Counted from the first letter of the stretch, positions 52,580-64,000 are shown. The stretch is DNA of 64,000 nucleotides from Gnetum montanum (GCA_015680685.1 MNCI01001640.1:1563-65562); one strand, 5' to 3'. Numbers and translations: made by a program. Notes: generated by a model not told the origin, from the letters alone.

Positions 52580-54044
52580 TGAAACACCATAAAAAATCAC
52601 GAGTCGACCTTAGGCAAAGATTCGCAATTCAGGCAAGGGCACATCTCAGCATTCTAGAGAGGGGAATAAGACAAAGCAACACCAAGAGGCGCGTAGCATC
52701 AAGTCTGCAACTTCTTGAGTAGATTCCTAATCTTTCTATGTGTTTGCTATTTACGCTATATCACACGACATAGCGTAATGACGCTCAGCGTGATGGTGTT
52801 TCGACATAGTCCGGCATTAGAAGGATAGTTGCTTCAGCATGGGGAGAAGCTTGAGCAACGTGATATGCGATTTCCTGTGTATTTTGCTAAGTCTTTCGTT
52901 CAAAGACAGGTTTATGCTCTGTTACGCATGGCAGCGTAATAAGCTCCAGAACAGTCAAAAGCAAAGTCTAAGAAAACGTGAATGCTCAATCATACACTCA
53001 TCACACAACAGAGCGTATCGCAGCATATTACATCGCCAAACTAGACATTTCTTACACTTCACTACGCGCGGCTGCGTAAGAGAGCATAAAACGGATTTTA
53101 TTCTATTATTCCCATATTACGTTACGCTCATACACGCAACACAGCGTGAATGAGCGTAATGTAACCCAAGATAGTTGGAACATGCCCAACGCGCGTCTCT
53201 TCTTCACACGCACAATACGCGAACGAGCGTATTGTGCGTAATCAGGAAATTTGACGCAAAATTGGTCAAGTCAACAGTGCCCGAAACACGTGGGACACAC
53301 GTCATCAGAGTTGCACATTTTCCATGGAGTGTCATAGCCTATAAATACCTCAATTGACAGAGATACAAGGGTTGGAAAATCAGAGAAGCAGAGGCATTTT
53401 TCTGAGCACCAGAGCACTTATCACTTTTGGAGCAAAGATATAGAGAGCAGCGCCTTGACAATTGTTGACAGTATCACCTTACAGCGGAAACAGAGCACAG
53501 TTCGCTTTGAGCACCAGTGATAGGAGTAATCGTTCTACTGGGAAGACTCTATCAGTCAGAAGAAATTGATCGGTAGACATCAAAGCTTGGCCTTCCTTGC
53601 ATCTCGGCTTTAGCCCACGAGGTAGATCTGACTTCTGTTTGGACCATCTTGCTTGTTGTTTTTTGCTTGCTTCACATCCAGTAATCAGGGATTCCCCAGT
53701 GTAATTTCTCATATAAAATATACATTTTTGAAGTCAAACCGCAGATCTTGAAACTACGTGCTTCTCTTATGTCAGCCTCCATTTATCGTGTTTAGCGTTA
53801 TCATCGTTGCAATCCATCTACATCATTTCCCCCTCGTTTTAAGATTCCTTGAATCAGATCATTTTCATGGAATATTCATCAGTTTACTGATTAGTAAGTC
53901 CCTGTCTGATTGACCAGACCGTTCAGGGCACCGCGGATTCGTTTCTCCCAGCATAGCCCTCGCGTGGATCCGTGGCTAAAACTGTGTACACCAGATTTGG
54001 TCGGTATTTTCCAGCTGCCGACGTTTTTCGTTGTTACAGTTTTC

Positions 54045-54061
54045 TGGTGCTAGAAGGAGGG
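54045..54061 (+). promoter_or_regulatory. Primer-binding site (tRNA-Asn type) of element C
   Basis: TGGTGCTAGAAGGAGGG, 6 nt after the LTR end. Confidence 0.8.
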
Positions 54062-54288
54062 CCTTCAAGCTCCGATCCGAATATTTCGGGTAACCCTGGT
54101 AGTGATCCATACCCTAAACCATAGGCGTAATACCTCTAGGGAAGTCTACGGTCAATCGCGTGGTATAGATCAGTCGCAAGGATGATTTCTTTGAATTCCT
54201 TCAGGGTAGAAAGCTTTTTTTTCTTTGTGCTTTTGTTGCCAGCCATCTCTCAGATCCGATTACCAGTTACCGTTAACTTCATTGATCA

Positions 54289-57200
54289 ATGGATTCCTTG
54301 TACACAACCACAGCTGCCATGGTCCCAACTGATCTGGGTGTCGCACCTATCAATCCTATGGCGGTCGCAGGACCAGCTCTTGGCGCAGCAGGACTTCAGG
54401 GACCATTACGTTGTTCATTGAGGCTCTAGGGAAAAGAACCTATTTTCATGGTTATAACCCCTGAAGAATACAACTTCATATGTGTTAAGATCCAGGCGAG
54501 GCTGGCTCTCAGCCGAGCTGAACTCGAAGCGAAACGAAACTTTGAGGTGCTCCACCAAGGGGGCTATGATTTTAAGCCAACAACTTATGACATAATTCCC
54601 TTGACTGAACACAAACATGAAATTATCACACAGTTGGTCCTGGCCAAAGGCCAAACCTCACAAGCTGTGGTGGAACCCCAGCATGGGGAGGAGGAAGAGG
54701 ACGAATTTGCGGCCCATTCGGAGCATTCGTTCCATACTCTGGAACCTTCGTTCCATACTCTGAGCTCCCAAACATATATAAATAACTTGTTTCATTTCAA
54801 TGGAGAAGCCGCACCTCTTAACCCAGCCATGACCGCGCAGATGTATTTCCCTGCCATGCCGCAGGCCAATGCACAGCCGTCTGGGTTGCAAGCACAAATA
54901 CCACACAATAACACAGGGGTGGTTCCATCACCACGGGTACTTAGCATTCCAGTGGTGGTCTCGGCGACCACCGCGCCCCATTTCATCCCTCAGATACAAT
55001 CCCATAACGTTTCTGTAATGCACCCAGCCCAGACCTTGTCGCTTCTGTATCCGCCAACTCAACAGACCGTCACAGCTATCCAGCCACAAACGTACATTCA
55101 AAAGCCTGCCGCAGGACAGTGGGCCAACCCGGCAGCGTAACATACTTAGTCTGTGATGTATGGCGTGCAGCCCCCGGTTGCACCTGTAGCACAAATTGTA
55201 CAGAGGATCCCACAGTATACCCATCCCTATCTTGTGCAGTAGGCGGCGGCTAACCCCTCTGCGCAAGCCAGCGGGTGGTGGTCTTCGCAGGCTCCCTTGC
55301 CTGCGGGAATCCCTGCTCCACCAGCGGCTAGCCAACCACTTCCTACCTTCCTATTTCCTAGGGCTGCCCACCCAGTCCAACCTCCTATGCCTGCTGCACA
55401 GGCACCTCGGCCAACAGGTCTGGACCAAGCCTTCCAGCTTATCCATATGCTTACCGAGGAGGTTCGACGCCTCAAGACCGCTGGGTCTGATACCATTCAG
55501 ATCATGGACTTCTACCAGGATGATCCGATCAATCTAGCGGTCCCTATACTGTCGTTGCCACTAGGAATGTCCCTCCCTCATTTTACCAAGTATAATGGAG
55601 AGGGGGATCCCAACACCCATCTAGCCACCTTTAGGTCTGAATCTTTGTTGTTACAATAGTGGCCGCACACCTTAATCCGAGTGTTCGCGATGTCTTTAAC
55701 AGGGAAGACTTTAGACTGGTATAGAGCTCTCCCACACTCTTCCATTTCAAACTTGGAAGAGCTGTTGACTCAATTTGTGACCTGCTTCAAAAACAACCTG
55801 AAATTGGAAGTCATGTTGGAGCAGCTTATGGGGGTGAAGCAAGACCTGCTCGAGCCAGTCCAAAAGTTTATACAGCATTGGAATGCTACCTTGAATGAGA
55901 TCCATGACCCGATCGCGGACTTTCATCTACTGGCTATATTCAAAGGAGCAATCAATGAATTTATTAAGTCTAAGGTGTATTATCTTTCCCCTGGCAATAT
56001 ACATCAGGCCTTCGCCCAGGTCCGAAGCATCTAAGATGCTGCGGAGGCCAGTAAAGACCCGACATATGTCGCCTACAGAAACGCACACAACAAAGCCAAA
56101 GACAAGGGTAAGGCGACAATGACAGTAGCCGCGCTGACTGAAAGCGCAAAGACCAAGAACAGGAAGGCACCCATAATAGCACCCGAGGCCACGACTGGTG
56201 CCGGCACCAGCCAAGCCACAACTACCTCTGAAGGCTCCCCTTAGCCAAAGCCAAACTTTGAGGGTAAAGATCGTTCAAAATATGCGGCTTTACCTATGAA
56301 ACATTTTGAACTGCTGAAACAACTGTTAGCCGTAGGGCACATTCAACCCAAGAAGGTGTCCGAGGAAGCTCTGAAGCGTCACAGATGTCACTGTGAACTA
56401 CTGAAGGACCCTTCTTTAGCCCTACCTAACGAACCTGCAGTCCCGAGATCTTTCAGGCTAGATCGTTTCTGTGACTACCACCAGATGTGTGGTCATGACA
56501 CGGATTACTGCTGGGTGTTAAAGGATGACATTCAACGCATGATCGATGAAAGTCATCTAAGATTAGACAGTAGTAACCCAACGCATCCAGAAAACCAAAC
56601 GCTGCATGTGTATAAGGACCTGTTGAACGCAAACAACGATCCTTATACAATCACTGTGGTAAGTACGGACGATGAGCAGAAAGGTCCGCCAAAATGACCC
56701 TTTGTTTTGCACGTGCCCGCCAGCTCATCAAGGGGGCCAACTACTTCATCGGCAGCCAGTGGGGGCTCACGGCCACCTTTCATCATACAGGCACCTTCCC
56801 AGGTATGTCCTCAGTCACGCGCCAGCACTCAAGCTGCGGCTTCGTCCGCGCCCATGCCTAGAGCGCCCTTTATTATCAGGCCACCAGAACCATGGCCTGC
56901 TCCTCTCACGTAGGGGCAGACGTCCAGTCAAAATAACCAGTCATCACCTCCTAAGCGAAAGAAGAAGGATACTTCAATTAATGCCACAAAAGACCACCTT
57001 ACGCTCGACTTCCCTAAACCTAAGCCCCTGGCCTCTGCACCCTTGTCTATGCCTCAGAAGCAAGATAAAGGTGCAGAAACGCAACCGCCTCTTCTTGGCA
57101 AGGAAAGGAGTACCCCTTCACCCAACACTATCCCACCTCGAGAGATCCATCTCTTGGGGCAGATGGAAGAGGACAAGGGATGCAAGAAGCCTGGCCAAGA

Positions 57201-58095
57201 GAAGGATCTCCTCGACGCATTTACACAAGTCAAACAAGCTCTCAAACAAAAAAACACGACGCTGAGCCTGTACGACTTACTTATGACATCTCATGAAGAC
57301 CGAGAGGATATGGTTCGCATGCTGACATCCATATCAGTGGATGAAAGCTTTCCAGCAGAGGAGGAAGCGATACATGCTGTCATGTTTCCTCCCGAAGCTG
57401 AGCAACCTACACCTTCCTCGTTGACCTTCCATGACGGATCTATCAAAGATGATCCTGAGAAAGGTTAGGTGACAACTGAACCCATGTTTATCACTATCCG
57501 GGTCCGTCAATACAGGATCCGGAGAGTGCACGTGGATGATGGCGCAGCCACCAACGTCATTCCCTATTCCATTGTGGATTGATTGGGACTAGTCAACCAG
57601 ATCACTCCCACGACAATGGCCTATGTAAAATCGTTCAACGGGGCACGGGTTTAGGTCAAGGGGACGGTGCATATCGAGTTTGTGGTGGGTGACGAGTTCC
57701 CAACGGAGGCCACCTTCCTTGTTATCGAGGAGATGCCAGGGTTTAACCTAATCTTGGGGAGGTCGTGGTTAGCTCAACTAAGGGCGGTTTCATCACCGAT
57801 ACACCAGGAGATACACCTTCCCTATGCCGGAGGGGAGGTTATGATACGCGGTGATGAACTCACCCCCAGGACCGTCAACAACATTGAAGAGGAATAGGGT
57901 TCGTAGGTAGAGACGACTGACGATCAGACCCATCTCCAAACCCCTCAACAAACCAACAGTGACAATGATGGTTTAGTTTGGGCCGACTTGCCATTTTCGG
58001 ACGGCAGCGTAGAGGAGGCAGATCATAAGTCTCTTCACCCTTACGCAGCAACCAACGTAAAGGCCATTAAGAGGAAATTACGTATCAATGCCTGA
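54289..58095 (+). pseudogene. gag-protease of element C; single frame interrupted only by nonsense codons
   Basis: ORFs at 54448, 55297, 55681, 56296, 56707, 57043 and 57667 share one frame. Capsid-like FTKYNGEGDPNTHL..TLDWYRAL; FCDYHQMCGHDTDYC; protease RVHVDDGAATNVI..FNLILGRSWL. Confidence 0.92.
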
Positions 58096-58312
58096 GCAAT
58101 GGTCTTTGCGTATGACATCATATCTTAGCCAGTTATCGCGATTTGTACTTAACAATTTCTTTTGTTGCAACAAATTACTTCTCATGCCACATTCACCTTC
58201 TGCTTTTACGCTTGTCATGCCTTACGTTTTTTTTATCGTACCTGTGTTATCCTTGTTATCACATCATTTTATGCATTTACACATTAGTATATTCTATTAC
58301 AATTTATGCTTA

Positions 58313-58414
58313 AAATGGCCCGCAATGGCCTTAAACTAGTCACGCAGAATTAAGCACCATCATCATTTACGCTTCCTCTACATTACGCATCTGGCCCGTA
58401 ATGGCCTTAAACTA
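58313..58414 (+). repeat. Two TGGCCCGYAATGGCCTTAAACTA units downstream of gag-PR (element C)
   Basis: Reverse complement of the TAGTTTAAGGCCATT units in B and F. Confidence 0.8.
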
Positions 58415-58610
58415 AGAATTATGCTCTATCATTATCACTTAGGTGAACTTTTCAACAATTACGCTTACACTCTATAGGAAAAACGTAAGAAAGAATAAAA
58501 ACTTTGTAACTGACATTTAACGCATCCACCAGGTTATATAACACGTATTTCCAGTCATTCGTAAAATGATATTACACTCAACATTAAATAAAATTATGCG
58601 TAAATTATAA

Positions 58611-61600
58611 TTACACATTTCCCCTACTACCACTATCACCGGTATCTCTTAAGTCCGGATCCAATGCTAATGGATCGTCCTCCAATGGGTTGTTTCTAGA
58701 AATGATTCTTTCACGAAGAATGTCCTCTTTGCGAGGTCCCCGTTCTGGCACCGGCTCCACGGAAAGACACTCCTCATTGTTGCGTTCTTCTCCCTCTTCC
58801 TTTGCTTCTTCTACTTCTTCCGCTGCTCCCTCGGCTAACTCCTTAGCTTGTTCATATTCCCTATACTTGACTGGTATCTGAACACAGTCAGCACATTAGT
58901 TACACAAGGCTTAGCATCACAATCAGAAACGCAAACTAAGTCAAGGCTTAGCATCACAATCAGAAATGCAAACTAAGTCACGCAGCAAAGGGGAGCTTGT
59001 CCAGACCATCCCACAGGCGCTTCATGATCTCTTCCTCTGTTAGATCTGGCCATACGTCCTCTCCCAAGGCGGCCCCGGCCTTCACTTTCCCTTTATCCAC
59101 GCTGCTCCAGCGGGGTGGGTCCGGGAAGAAAGTAGGGATTGAAGCCTGACCCCCAGGGAAAATCATCTCCCTTTCGAGGGACGTGCTGATAGTCACCTGC
59201 TCCTCGAACTTCTTGAAGGCATCGGAAGTGCCGATGACATCCTGAAAGACTTCTAAGGACCGGGCCCTGACGGCAAGATCTCGGTAGAGTCTCCGATAAG
59301 AAATGCTCTCCTGCTTGTACAAGTTCTTGTGATCCTTCTCCTTCTACCCCCATTCCTACACACTTGTACAATAATCCCTCTAGTCCTGGATTTTCTGAGC
59401 TAGGAGTTCTACATGCATTCGCTGCTCGACTAATGCACGACTGGTCTGTACGCTGTGTTTGATAGCTGTCCAATATCGGGAGTAATCGACAATAGCAGTA
59501 CGCCAGTCTTCATCCCTCGATGCTCATGCCTGTAAGAAGTTGCACCAGGATTTTAAGTCTCTGACCTCTTTGGTCAGAGATTCAACCTTCTGCTCCAACC
59601 TCTGCAACCTTTTCCACAGATTCTCATTAACGCCCTTACTCTCCCATAAGGAGCGTGTCAAGCGTAACACACATTTGTGCATTTCCTCATAAATGTGGCA
59701 TGGCACGGCTGCTTCATTGGATGGGGGCTCCACTATGTCCAAATCAATGGGCTTAGTCAGATCCCATCGGAGGTGAGCTCCTAACAGAAACAATCATCAG
59801 CGTCAACATCATATTACCCTTATGTAATATCACAAACTGACTACAACCATAACGTACCCGCTCTAGGTTCGACGTGTTCCAGGCGCTCGATCATGTCGCT
59901 GACGACGCCTTCCATGAAGGTAAATTTATCAGGGAAGTCTCTCCATGCTCTTCTCATAGCGACAGACGTGGATGTGTCCTCTTCACCTGTAGCATAATTC
60001 AGTTAGAAACGTCACTTATTTACAGAAATCCTGCAAGCACGCTAACAAATTCATTACCTCTACCGGTGACCGTGGTGATTTCGTCAACATCTTCAGTATC
60101 CCCTTCCCTCTCAAGCACTTGAGTTTGCACGCCGCTGGTTCCAGTAGCTGGGGCCTCCTCACCCACCCGAGCTGGTACATGGCTCACCCTAACAGCTGGG
60201 GCCTCTTCTCCCAAAATTGAGGCCCACTCCCTACAACTTAGTGTTACCGCCCCCATCTTAGGGGTCAGTTCTTTCGTCATTTTTACTGGTCATGTCATAG
60301 CACCTTATTATATCATTACATACAACATCTAAACAAACATTGCATAATATGATTCTTTCATGCTTACTAGGCGGACGCTTACTTCGCTGAACTGTGATCG
60401 CCACAGTTTGGCCCGCGTCACCCTCAGGGGCCTCGGCTAGGCGGAGCCTTTTACGCCGAGCTGTAGGTTCTACGATTTCTTCCGCCATGCACTTCCCTCG
60501 TGAGCCATCACCAGTGTAGGTAGGCATTATCCCGCCTACGCTATCGAGGCCCCGCACTTGAGGCACCGCAAGACCCTTAGTCATTATAGACAATGACTCC
60601 CTGATCTCTTCCGGTGGATCCTGCCCACGGGTAGTGCTGAGGATGTGGGCAATCTTAGGTCTGGATAGCTAGTCTCGGTCTTGCTGCACCCAGACCCCAT
60701 TCCTCTAGATGATCAGAAACTTAGCAAATCGCCAGAGGCAAGCTATGAAGAACGCGTAATGCACGTTGAAACGGGATTCAAGCTTTTTGCGAAGTTTGAC
60801 CATCTCATTACGTAGTCCTTTGGCAAAATAGCTTGCCCAATTGAACTGAGTCCCCACCTCCAGAACCTCTTGCATAATACGGGTCTGTTCTACAGAAAAG
60901 AACTTCGCCTGCGAGAGAGTTTGGGGAAGGTCCGGGCCTAGAAAAGGGGATAAAGTGTCTTGGCGGCGCCCATCTCGAATTTTTCGCAGGGAAACCCTTT
61001 AGTTTCCTCTGGGACCCTTACCCACTTCTTCAGCCAATTTTGGAAAGCTTCGCTCCTCTTCGCCTTCTCACTTATGGGAGGACCGTCTGAGGGGACGCCA
61101 AAGAGGTTTGCGAAGAGCTGAGCGTCGATGTCAAAACTCACGCGCACGCTATGTATGCGTGTCCAGAAATGCTCAGCCTTCTCATTGAAGGATTTGACCA
61201 AGGTTATCATTTCGCTAGCGGGGACATCAGGAGTTGTAGCCAAAAATAGGTGCATTAGCCCTGCTACTCGGATCCTGGAGGTCACCGTGACTAGTGCCAC
61301 CGAGTGGCTGAGCCAGCGCTGTGCATCCTTGATGTCGCCGTAGCGGAAGAGGACAGCGCTCACCTTGCGGCAGGAAATCGTAAGGGTAATCTCTCGAGAT
61401 TCCCTAACTGCACAACATGAATCACGAATTAATCAAAGCTCTATTACGCAATGTCCAAAATCTACAATAACATTACGCAATACTCAACTACACCACCGCC
61501 TTACCGGGGCCAAATGGCAACGGAAATGGTGGGACTTCCCTTTGTACGTCCTCGACAGTGAGGGGCAGATCCAAGGTCCAGTCATTGTGCAGCCACCCGA

Positions 61601-62734
61601 GTCATTGGAAACTCTCAAAAAACCTGGCATAATGGCTGGGGTACTCATGCATGTCAAAGCCGATCTGCTCTATAACACCGGCGCACACGTTGCTAGTAGC
61701 GGTAAACGCCATTATCGCTGTTTCAGCTTTGGATAACACATCCCCATCTCCAACTAACCTATTGTCTTGAATAAAGAACCTGTATCATACAACATAAGAT
61801 TATTTTACATTTTTCACGATTTTCCCTATATTTCACACCGACAACAGACATAAAACCAAAATAGAAACACAAACAGTTACTAGAATTCACTTACCCGTCG
61901 GTGTAGTACACCGTGCCTAGTGGGTTCTGGAAACAGGTCGAGACATGACGTGCCACAAACAGCATGTTGTAGGCGTGATAACAGCTGAAGTAAGTCATTC
62001 CCCAGATCCAATGCAAGCTCCGCAACCCTCGGGCACTAAGTTCTCGATCCTCAGGAAAACCCATGTCGATGGCCCCATTTGTCAAAAAAGCCAGAATCTT
62101 TTGCGCAGAACCCATCAGCAGGTGCTCTAACAGGGCACACGCGATGTCATTAGACAAATCAGACCATATGATGATGCTAAAGTTGCTCAGCAAGAACTGC
62201 AGGAACTCCAGTGCACCCTGTCGAAACCATATTGCTTTCCCTTGCAACCGCGTGTGCGGGGGAGGGACATTGGGGACGATGGGGTTTATACAACACAAAA
62301 CCCCAACGATATCCAGCACAATCAAAGTGGGCTTTAGCGCAACACTGTACAGAAAACCAATACACACATAACACCTACATTTACATTTGCATCACTAACG
62401 CAGAAAACTCATAAATTACACCTAGCTATTCAAGCCGACATCGCCCAAACCCTTGCAATGATGCAAGGTTCGTCCCTGACAACGGTGATAGATGCAACTG
62501 CACCAAACCCTCGCATTAACCCGAGGTCCGCAATTTTGACATTTACATTCACACAAGAGACATCACGAAAAAATAGACATTAAGAACAAGCATAAGCACA
62601 GGACGAATGGCCTACCGGTTCAAAGGCGTCGAGTCGCAAACATTGACCAGCGCGTGCGAAATACGATTCAAATTTTCTTGCACTTCATCGATTTTGGCCA
62701 GTTTTGCGTTCTTCCTCTTCGTCTTCGGTGCCAT
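58611..62734 (-). pseudogene. Antisense ~8-exon accessory gene of element C: basic N-terminus, FCP1/SCP(NIF)-like HAD domain, Transposase_32-like domain, disordered linker, coiled coil, acidic tail
   Basis: TATA at ~62890; ATG 62734 (MAPKTKRKNAK). Exons 62734-62616, 62344-61895, 61779-61505, 61407-60368, 60303-60058, 59986-59858, 59780-~58980, 58877-58611, with GT-AG introns (last donor uncertain). A few nonsense codons and a frameshift at ~60920. Confidence 0.88.
58905..58978. repeat. 37-bp tandem duplication
   Basis: CAAGGCTTAGCATCACAATCAGAAAYGCAAACTAAGT occurs twice, in the last intron of the antisense gene. Confidence 0.9.
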
Positions 62735-63163
62735 TGTGATGATTTCAGAATTTCTTCATAGCCTAACGCTTGCAAATCTTCACAAGATTACACACTCTAA
62801 TCTTCTGCTCTTCCTTCTCTTGATCAAAAATGGTTACGAATTCAAATTCACGATAGCCAACAACCTATTTTCATCGAAAAACCACTTACTTATATGCGAG
62901 GATCACCGACTTGATCTCCAATTCCAGTGGGACTTTCCTAAAATGGAACCCAAAAATCTGGGTATCAATGCGACTGACATCGCACGCACTTCTGTCTGAA
63001 ATGACGTTAAACTACCAAATCTTATCGTCTCGTAATTGGGTAGCATTGATTACAACTTCATTACAAAATTTAAAATTCTGTTAGCTTTCCACGTTTGCTA
63101 GCCATCATGGCATCTTCTTCCTAACCATTTAGGCACTTTGTGGTTTTGTAGGACAAACAACAA

Positions 63164-64000
63164 ATGGACGCAACACTATCAACACCTTTAACTTTGACTG
63201 GCCCATATGGAAAGGTAGTTAGGCAATTTGATCCCGCGTTTATAGACGTTAACCTCCCTTTAGAAGACGTAACCATAGCTGCATCGGAGACATCCGCAGA
63301 ATGGCCAGAACAGTCGACGCGCATGCTAGACCTGGAGGCTGGGGATATAACCGAGGACCCCCTCAGTGAGCTCCCTATCATTACGCATAAGGGTGAGACT
63401 AAAATGCTCAAAGTCAGTTCTTTGTTAGAACAAAGAACGCACAACGCCATAAAACAGGTCCTGCAAGACAACATTAGTGTCTTTGCATGGTCATACGAGG
63501 ATATGCCTAGGTTAGATCCTAGGTTAATCCAGCATAACATCATCCTAGACCCACAAATTAAAGCGGTTAGGCAAAAGGCATGCAAAATCAAGCTAGAGAT
63601 CGCACTAGCCGTGCGTGATGAAATCACCAAGCTATACTAGGCTGGTTTCATCCGTGTGGTCGATTACTCGGATTGGGTGTCCAAGATTGTAGTCGTTCCA
63701 AAGAAAACTGGAAGCATACGCATCTGCATAAACTTCCGGGATTTGAATAAGGCCACAATCAAGGATAACTTCCCGTTGCCGAGTATCGACCAGCTAGTGG
63801 ATACAACAGCTGGGCATGCACTTCTGTCCTTCATGGATGGCTTTTCAGGCTATAACCAGATTCGCATTAACCCAGAGTATCAATTGACCATGACGTTCAT
63901 GACACCCTGGGGCACCTTTTGCTATACTATGATGCCTTTTGGCCTGAAGAACGCCGGAGCAACGTACCAACGGGCCATGACATACATCTTCAGCGATTAC
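63164..64000 (+). pseudogene. pol (reverse transcriptase N-terminal part) of element C, Tat/Ogre/Retand-type; runs off the window
   Basis: VFAWSYEDMPRLDP..WVSKIVVVPKK..CINFRDLNKATIKDNFPLPSIDQLVD..SFMDGFSGYNQI..MPFGLKNAGATYQRAM; one in-frame TAG at 63638-63640. Confidence 0.95.

Larger units (their letters stand above)
52580..64000 (+). mobile_element. Tat-clade element 'C' (youngest copy): 5' LTR 52580-54038, PBS, gag-PR, antisense gene, start of pol; continues beyond the window
   Basis: TGAAACACCATAAAA...TTGTTACA; TATAAATA at 53340; left TSD candidate CCTAT; highest CpG retention among the family copies. Confidence 0.92.

Noticed and set aside
52681-52700. PPT plus LTR start at AAGAGGCG-CGTAGCATC
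   Set aside because: The family-wide TGAAACACC terminus at 52580 explains the boundary better.
58611-62734. Antisense gene as an independent host gene or nested DNA transposon
   Set aside because: It has the same position, orientation and exon sizes in separate diverged elements, and no TIR or TSD is visible around it.
62607-62999. 130-aa hydrophobic plus-strand ORF as an env-like or membrane protein
   Set aside because: It is the opposite strand of the accessory gene's exon 1 and promoter, and I see no counterpart in element B.

Overview
Plant nuclear DNA, heavily methylated and rich in retrotransposons; the RT and integrase sequences look gymnosperm-like, but the host cannot be fixed from this window. 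The only host gene is a 15-exon malectin-like/LRR receptor kinase (LRR-I type, 4079-11549, +). It is a pseudogene: it has a dead splice donor, deletions in kinase subdomains I-II, a nonsense codon, and a 3-kb hAT transposon with an 8-bp TSD on a splice acceptor. The rest is a stack of Ty3/gypsy relics: CRM-like, Tekay chromovirus, Athila-like, and from about 26 kb onward at least five nested or partial copies of one Tat-clade family (LTRs TGAAACACC...TACA, tRNA-Asn PBS, extra archaeal-type RNase H). The most notable feature is the architecture of that family. Gag-protease and RT-RH-aRH-INT are separated by about 5 kb holding an antisense gene of about 8 exons. Its product is a basic N-terminus, an FCP1/SCP (NIF, HAD-fold) phosphatase-like domain with catalytic residues lost, a plant-transposon (Transposase_32-like) domain, a coiled coil and an acidic tail. 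The first three exon sizes (119/450/275 nt) are identical in two strongly diverged copies. Arrays of a CCTTAAACTAG-type motif follow both gag-pro and pol. All coordinates and domain calls were made by eye; no database searches were run.
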